This document shows, one piece after another, positions 59,440 through 64,000 of a DNA stretch of 64,000 nucleotides (position 1 is its first letter; the number at the start of each line of letters is the position of its first letter). The position numbers and the translations under genes are program-made. The notes beneath the pieces were generated by a model. That model was given only the letters and a program-made list of their open reading frames with translations. It had not been told where the DNA came from and did not search any database. The stretch is from Candidatus Dormiibacterota bacterium. GTDB lineage: Bacteria > Chloroflexota > Dormibacteria > Aeolococcales > Aeolococcaceae. The stretch is taken from NCBI GenBank assembly GCA_963708605.1, contig CAVPTG010000007.1:16288-80287 (forward strand), given 5' to 3'.

Positions 59440-60223
59440 TGCTCACCGATCCGGCCCGCAGCCGCGTGGTGATCTCGTGCGCCAAGCCGGACACCTCGAA
59501 GGAGTCGAGCTCGCGAGGGCGCTGGATGTCGACGTCCCAGATCTGGGCGACGCGGCCCGGGCGCGCAGTCATGAGTATCACGCGGTCACCCAGGCGCACG
59601 GCCTCGCGGACGTTGTGGGTGACAAAGATGACTGTCCTACCGGTCTCCTGCCAGATACGGTTCAGGTCGTCGTGGAGCTGATCCCTGGTGATCGCGTCGA
59701 GGGCGGCGAAAGGCTCGTCCATGAGCAGCAGTTCCGACTCCTGGGCCAGCGCGCGGGCCAGCGCACAACGCTGCCGCATGCCACCCGAGAGCTGATGCGG
59801 GCGGTGGTCGGAGAAGTCGATGAGCCCGACCATCGTGAGCAGACGGTTGACTCTCCTGTTCCGCTCATCGTTGTCCACCCCATGAATCCGCATTGGCAAC
59901 TCGACGTTGCGGCGAACCGTCAGCCAGGGCAGAAGCGCCGGCTCCTGGAACATGACCGCAGGACGTCCGTCGGCGATGTGGATCGCTCCCGAGGTCACCT
60001 TGTCGAGCCCGGCGATCAGTGAGAGCAGCGTCGATTTGCCACACCCGGAGGCGCCAAGGATGCAGACGAACTCTCCCTTGTTCAGCTCGAGCGAGACGTT
60101 CTCCAGCGCTGTTGTCGAACGCTTGCCGTTGCCGAACACCTTCGTGACCCCGACCAGGGTCACGAAGGCGTCATCGGCCTCGACGGTCAGTACTGCGGGC
60201 CGCCGCGCAAGCGAGAGGTTCAT
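59426..60223 (-). CDS. ABC ATP-binding protein, NitT/TauT/SsuB family
   Basis: GASGCGKST, LSGGMRQR, LLMDEPF, VTH. Confidence 0.93.
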   Translation of the reverse strand: MNLSLARRPAVLTVEADDAFVTLVGVTKVFGNGKRSTTALENVSLELNKGEFVCILGASGCGKSTLLSLIAGLDKVTSGAIHIADGRPAVMFQEPALLPWLTVRRNVELPMRIHGVDNDERNRRVNRLLTMVGLIDFSDHRPHQLSGGMRQRCALARALAQESELLLMDEPFAALDAITRDQLHDDLNRIWQETGRTVIFVTHNVREAVRLGDRVILMTARPGRVAQIWDVDIQRPRELDSFEVSGLAHEITTRLRAGSVSNGTE

Positions 60224-61344
60224 CAGCCGAGCGATCCAGCGCTGATTGTCGGGTCTCCCGCAGCGGTGAGGATCCTGTTCAAGGGTCTGAGGTCGAAGAT
60301 GCCCTTGATGTTGGCCGTGCTGTTGAAGCCGAGCTTCTCTGCGTTGCTGGCGTCGGTCTGCACGTCGGCCGTCAAGGGGTCGAAGCCGAAGCTGAGGTGC
60401 GTCCACGCGAGTGCGATGACGTTTGTCTTAAGCAACTTGCCGCCGGTGGTCGTCGCCAGCGCGGTGTTGACGGCATCCGGCGCCGCCGATTCGTTGGCAT
60501 TGATCCAGTTCACCGATTGGACGAGTCCCTTGAGCAGGTCGTTCACGATGTCGGGATGGTTCGTGAGCAGGTTCTCGGTGACCACAAGGACTGTCGTGGG
60601 GAACTGTCCGTTCGGCCAGGTTGACGCCTCGTCCACCGCCAGGACACCCTTGCCCTGGAGGATGAACTCGGACTCGTACGGTTCTGGAACCCACCCACCG
60701 GCGATCTTGCCGGCCTCGAAGTTCTGCAGACTGACCGAGTTGCCCGAGCTCGAGTCAATGTTCACCGCGCCCCCGGATGTCGAGCTGGCGGCAAACCCTT
60801 TGGTCTTGAGCCAGCTGCGAAGCGCGATGTCCTGGGTGTTCCCGAGCTGAGGCGAGGAGACCGTCTTGCCGGCGAGGTCCGCCGGGAAGTTGCCGTCGGC
60901 AACGGACTTGCTGACCACCAACCCCGCTCCGCCGGACGCGGCGCCCGCGACGATGAACACCTTGCCCTTGGTCTTGATGAAGTCGTTGATGGCCGGCCCC
61001 GGGCCCATGAATGCGGCGTCGAGCGTGCCGCCGAGGAGCGCCTCGCTCTCGGCGGGGCCGGCGCTGAATGTGGTCGTGTTGATCTTCGTGCCCTTCGGGG
61101 CCGCAGCCTGGAAGAAGCCCTTGGACACTCCGATCAGGGCCGGGGCATGCGTCAGGTTGACGAGGTAGCCGAGGTTGACGGTTGACGGATCCGGCTGGGT
61201 CGCGGCGTCGCTGCCGGAAGGCGTGGTGCTCGAGCCGCAGGCACCCACCACCAGTGCGGTCGCGAGCAGCGCGACGGATGTCGCGGCGCGCCCGCCGCCA
61301 CGGTGGCGTGGCGCCGATGAATGCAGAACTGTTTCCCCAAACAT
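60223..61344 (-). CDS. ABC substrate-binding lipoprotein, SsuA-like
   Basis: VGAC lipobox; NLTHAPA, GPGPAIN, PQLGNTQD, WVPEP. Confidence 0.9.
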   Translation of the reverse strand: MFGETVLHSSAPRHRGGGRAATSVALLATALVVGACGSSTTPSGSDAATQPDPSTVNLGYLVNLTHAPALIGVSKGFFQAAAPKGTKINTTTFSAGPAESEALLGGTLDAAFMGPGPAINDFIKTKGKVFIVAGAASGGAGLVVSKSVADGNFPADLAGKTVSSPQLGNTQDIALRSWLKTKGFAASSTSGGAVNIDSSSGNSVSLQNFEAGKIAGGWVPEPYESEFILQGKGVLAVDEASTWPNGQFPTTVLVVTENLLTNHPDIVNDLLKGLVQSVNWINANESAAPDAVNTALATTTGGKLLKTNVIALAWTHLSFGFDPLTADVQTDASNAEKLGFNSTANIKGIFDLRPLNRILTAAGDPTISAGSLG

Positions 61345-61606
61345 GATGTGTCTCCCCTTTACGGAATTTCTCTTCCCGAGGCCCCCTCTCGATCGGCCTC
61401 AACTGGTCGATGTGCTGTCTCCACTGCTCTCTCTGGTGCGCTTGCTTTACTTTGAGAAGTGGGCGATCCTACGGTCAATGAGGATCGGTCAATGGAAAGG
61501 ATCTCTTCCTAGAATGGATCGGCCATCCCGTACCAAGGCTGTTTAGCTGGTCTCAGGCGGCCCGCACGAACTCGTCCGGCCGTCGAATCGCCGCGACGTG
61601 GCCGGC

Positions 61607-62809
61607 TCAGCCCTCGAGCAGTCGAGCGCAGCGGAGTGCGAGCCAGAGCTGGTGGCGCTGCTCGGGGTCGTCGGCGTCAATGCCAAGTTGGCGGAGGCGG
61701 CCGACGCGATACACGACGGTGTGGCGATGGACGTCGAGGCGATCGGCGGCATCCCCGATGCTCCGGCTATCGAGCAGCGCCTCGAGCGTCGCGACGAGCT
61801 CGAGGCGGCGGTTGGGCGTGCGCTCGGTAAGGGGGCCGAGCACCCGGTCGACGAAGGTTCGCATCGCCTCGCGGTCGTCGGCCAGTGCGGCGAAGACGCC
61901 CACCTCCGCATCGGTGTGCACGGTGCGTCCGGGATAGAGGGTCCGGCCGACCTCCAGAGCCCTGCGCGCGTGCTGTGCCGACGGGGCGATCGCGTCCAGC
62001 GTCGCAGCGACCGGTCCGACCCCGAAGACGACCGGGCCGACCTCGGCGCAGAGCTTCGCAAGATCGCGCCCCTCCGGGACGAGCGCGATCCACAGCCCGG
62101 GCTCCTCGCCGATCAGATGCGCGCCCTCCGCCCTCCACGTCTCCTCGAGCTGCCGCTCCGCCTCGATGGTGGGGGCCGAGCAGGCCACCACGGTATAGGG
62201 TGGGAGCAGCGTCAACTCCGCCGATGCGGCGATGCGACGCAACTCCGCGGTCGAGTCGCCCGCAAGCAGCCGCTGGAGGATCCGGTCGCGGTCCCGGTCA
62301 CGCTGCCTGAGCAGGCGCTCACGCGTCTCGAGATATGCGCCGCCGACGGCAGCGCTGATCTCGTCGAAATACTCGAGCACCGTGCTCGTCAACCCGATGA
62401 CCGTGCTTGGCGGCACATCGTTGAGGACGGCGGGCTGGCCGATCACCTCATCCCACAGGACCCGCGCCGCCAGCCGGTAGGCGCCGAAGACGAGCTCGAG
62501 CGGCACGTCGAGCTCCGCCTGCTGCGCCCCCATCGACCCGAGCCGTTCCAGGTCGCCGGCACGAAGCCCGCGCCCGTCGCGGAGAAGCCGCACGAAGGTC
62601 CGGAGTGCATCCCGGCAGGCAGCGGTCACGGTGCGGAAATAGCCGAGCGTCCGGAAGCGGCTGTCCGGAAGCGAGATCCCGGAGAGAATCTGCCGCGTCA
62701 TCCGGCGCGAGATGACGTCGATCTCCGACAGCAGGCGGACGGTCACCTCGGGCGGCAGAGTGGCCACGACGGACAACCTGAGGTCGGGTGCCTTGGTCAC
62801 TTGGGCCAT
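61607..62809 (-). CDS. PucR/CdaR-family transcriptional regulator
   Basis: C-terminal HTH AADRLDVHRHTVVYRV. Confidence 0.9.
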   Translation of the reverse strand: MAQVTKAPDLRLSVVATLPPEVTVRLLSEIDVISRRMTRQILSGISLPDSRFRTLGYFRTVTAACRDALRTFVRLLRDGRGLRAGDLERLGSMGAQQAELDVPLELVFGAYRLAARVLWDEVIGQPAVLNDVPPSTVIGLTSTVLEYFDEISAAVGGAYLETRERLLRQRDRDRDRILQRLLAGDSTAELRRIAASAELTLLPPYTVVACSAPTIEAERQLEETWRAEGAHLIGEEPGLWIALVPEGRDLAKLCAEVGPVVFGVGPVAATLDAIAPSAQHARRALEVGRTLYPGRTVHTDAEVGVFAALADDREAMRTFVDRVLGPLTERTPNRRLELVATLEALLDSRSIGDAADRLDVHRHTVVYRVGRLRQLGIDADDPEQRHQLWLALRCARLLEG

Positions 62810-62897
62810 ATTGTCCCTTATACACAAATCCTGGGCATGTACGCAGGATGACATTGCCCACCCTTTGTGCCGTACGGAGAAAGTATGCTGACTGTCA

Positions 62898-63713
62898 ATG
62901 CTCTACGACGACATGTTCATCCGCCTGGAGCGCGCCCGCTGGACGCTCAACACCGACATCCCGTTCGACGATATCGATCCGAGCCTGCTGAGCCCGCAAT
63001 GGATCAGCGATCTTCGGAACATCTGCTTGACCGAGCTGTCCGCGCTCTACGCGACCGAGATGTTCCTCCGCGACTTCTACGCGGACATCGACTTCTGCAG
63101 CTTCATCTCCATCTGGTTCTACGAGGAGATGAAGCACCACCTCACCCTGCGCAAGTACCTGGAGCGTTGCGGCGAGACGTTCGACGAGGCCGAGCTTCCC
63201 GAGCTGCGACTCACGTTCGCGCCGGGGCCGGCGATCGAGACCCTCACGATGCATTTCTGCGGCGAGCAGCGTCTTGCACATTGGTACACGGCCTTCAGCG
63301 AACAGGCCCCCGAACCGGTGATCCGCAAGATCTTCAAGATCCTGGCCGCCGATGAGCTGCGCCACGCCGCGTGCTATGCGAAGTACATGCGCCGAGCGGT
63401 CGCCAACAAGCCGGAGGTCCTGCCCGACATCCTCAAGATGTCGCTCTGGATGATGCGCAGCACCAATGACGCCCCCAAGCATCCGACCACGATCACCGAA
63501 CCATCGGTGGTCAGCAAGCTCGAGGATCCCGAGTACGTGTCGCGAATGCTCAACTGGTACCTCCCCGGCCGCGACCACGAGGCCCCGGTGCAACGTCGGA
63601 TTCTCGCCCTGATGTCCGAGTTGAGTGGCGTCGAGATCAAGAACCTTCGGGAGATCCCACCGCTGGTGCGCAAGCTGACGAGCAGCAAAGAGCTCTCCCC
63701 AGCGGCTGCCTGA
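62898..63713 (+). CDS. Ferritin-like diiron-carboxylate protein (acyl-ACP desaturase-like)
   Basis: TE...WFYEEMKH...GE...ADELRH paired ExxH motifs. Confidence 0.8.
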   Translation: MLYDDMFIRLERARWTLNTDIPFDDIDPSLLSPQWISDLRNICLTELSALYATEMFLRDFYADIDFCSFISIWFYEEMKHHLTLRKYLERCGETFDEAELPELRLTFAPGPAIETLTMHFCGEQRLAHWYTAFSEQAPEPVIRKIFKILAADELRHAACYAKYMRRAVANKPEVLPDILKMSLWMMRSTNDAPKHPTTITEPSVVSKLEDPEYVSRMLNWYLPGRDHEAPVQRRILALMSELSGVEIKNLREIPPLVRKLTSSKELSPAAA

Positions 63714-63748
63714 GCCGGCCGAGCCGCCCAACCTATAATCGGTCGGCG

Positions 63749-64000
63749 ATGGGTGAATCGGTGGTGCGTGCGCATGCTGTCGTGCACGGCCGTGTGCAGA
63801 TGGTCGGTTACCGCGCCTTCGTGATCAGTCACGCGGGTGCTCTCGGACTCGCCGGCACGGTGGGCAATCAGCAGGACGGGACGGTCGAGGCAACGCTCGA
63901 AGGCCCGAAGGCGCACGTCGAGCGAATGCTCGACCTGCTCCGCCAGGGGCCGAGCCACGCCCGCGTCGAGCGGGTCGACGTCGAGTATTCGGCACCGACG
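63749..64000 (+). CDS. acyP: Acylphosphatase, truncated by window edge
   Basis: VHGRVQMVGYR, GTVGNQQDGTVE, GP; TATAAT 9 nt upstream. Confidence 0.85.
   Translation, partial: MGESVVRAHAVVHGRVQMVGYRAFVISHAGALGLAGTVGNQQDGTVEATLEGPKAHVERMLDLLRQGPSHARVERVDVEYSAPT

Noticed and set aside
61345-61520. SAM-I riboswitch upstream of the SsuABC-like transporter
   Set aside because: Only a vague CCAGAG...TGGAG resemblance; the GCAACC, GTGC and P1 elements were not found. A CGGTCAATG direct repeat is present but uninterpretable.
1-64000. Numerous long Arg/Pro/Ala-rich overlapping ORFs in the six-frame track
   Set aside because: These are expected shadow frames in high-GC DNA; they overlap genes with clear family motifs and have none of their own.

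Overview
High-GC bacterial chromosome segment. The gene content and pervasive leaderless promoters are compatible with a soil Chloroflexota/Dormibacterota- or Actinomycetota-like organism, but taxonomy is inferred, not proven. The backbone carries lipid/FAD enzymes, a DUF1800-DUF1501 pair, NfeD-SPFH, rarA, a polyamine-catabolism cluster, an ECF sigma/Rieske/DUF4331 locus, murI, hemACDB-ppi-hemL-tatAC, rph-rdgB, trxB, a PduO-type adenosyltransferase, a NitT/TauT ABC transporter and a PucR-regulated diiron protein. The main accessory feature is a 14,887-bp integrative element (9853-24776) inserted in tRNA-Cys(GCA) that duplicates the 5' half of the tRNA. It looks like a phage satellite: integrase, two Xis/AlpA-like HTH proteins, a lambdoid-type initiator with an internal iteron origin, a resolvase-like nuclease and a TerS-like gene, with no recognisable capsid, portal, TerL or repressor. 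It also carries a lone tape-measure-like gene, a second XerC-like recombinase, a HEPN-like protein, a set of self-promoted membrane microproteins and a third, internal inverted copy of the putative integrase arm sites. A long rod-like RNA hairpin (possible 6S RNA) follows rarA. Many genes contain single-base frameshifts, most likely long-read indel errors. All product calls come from motif recognition, not database searches.
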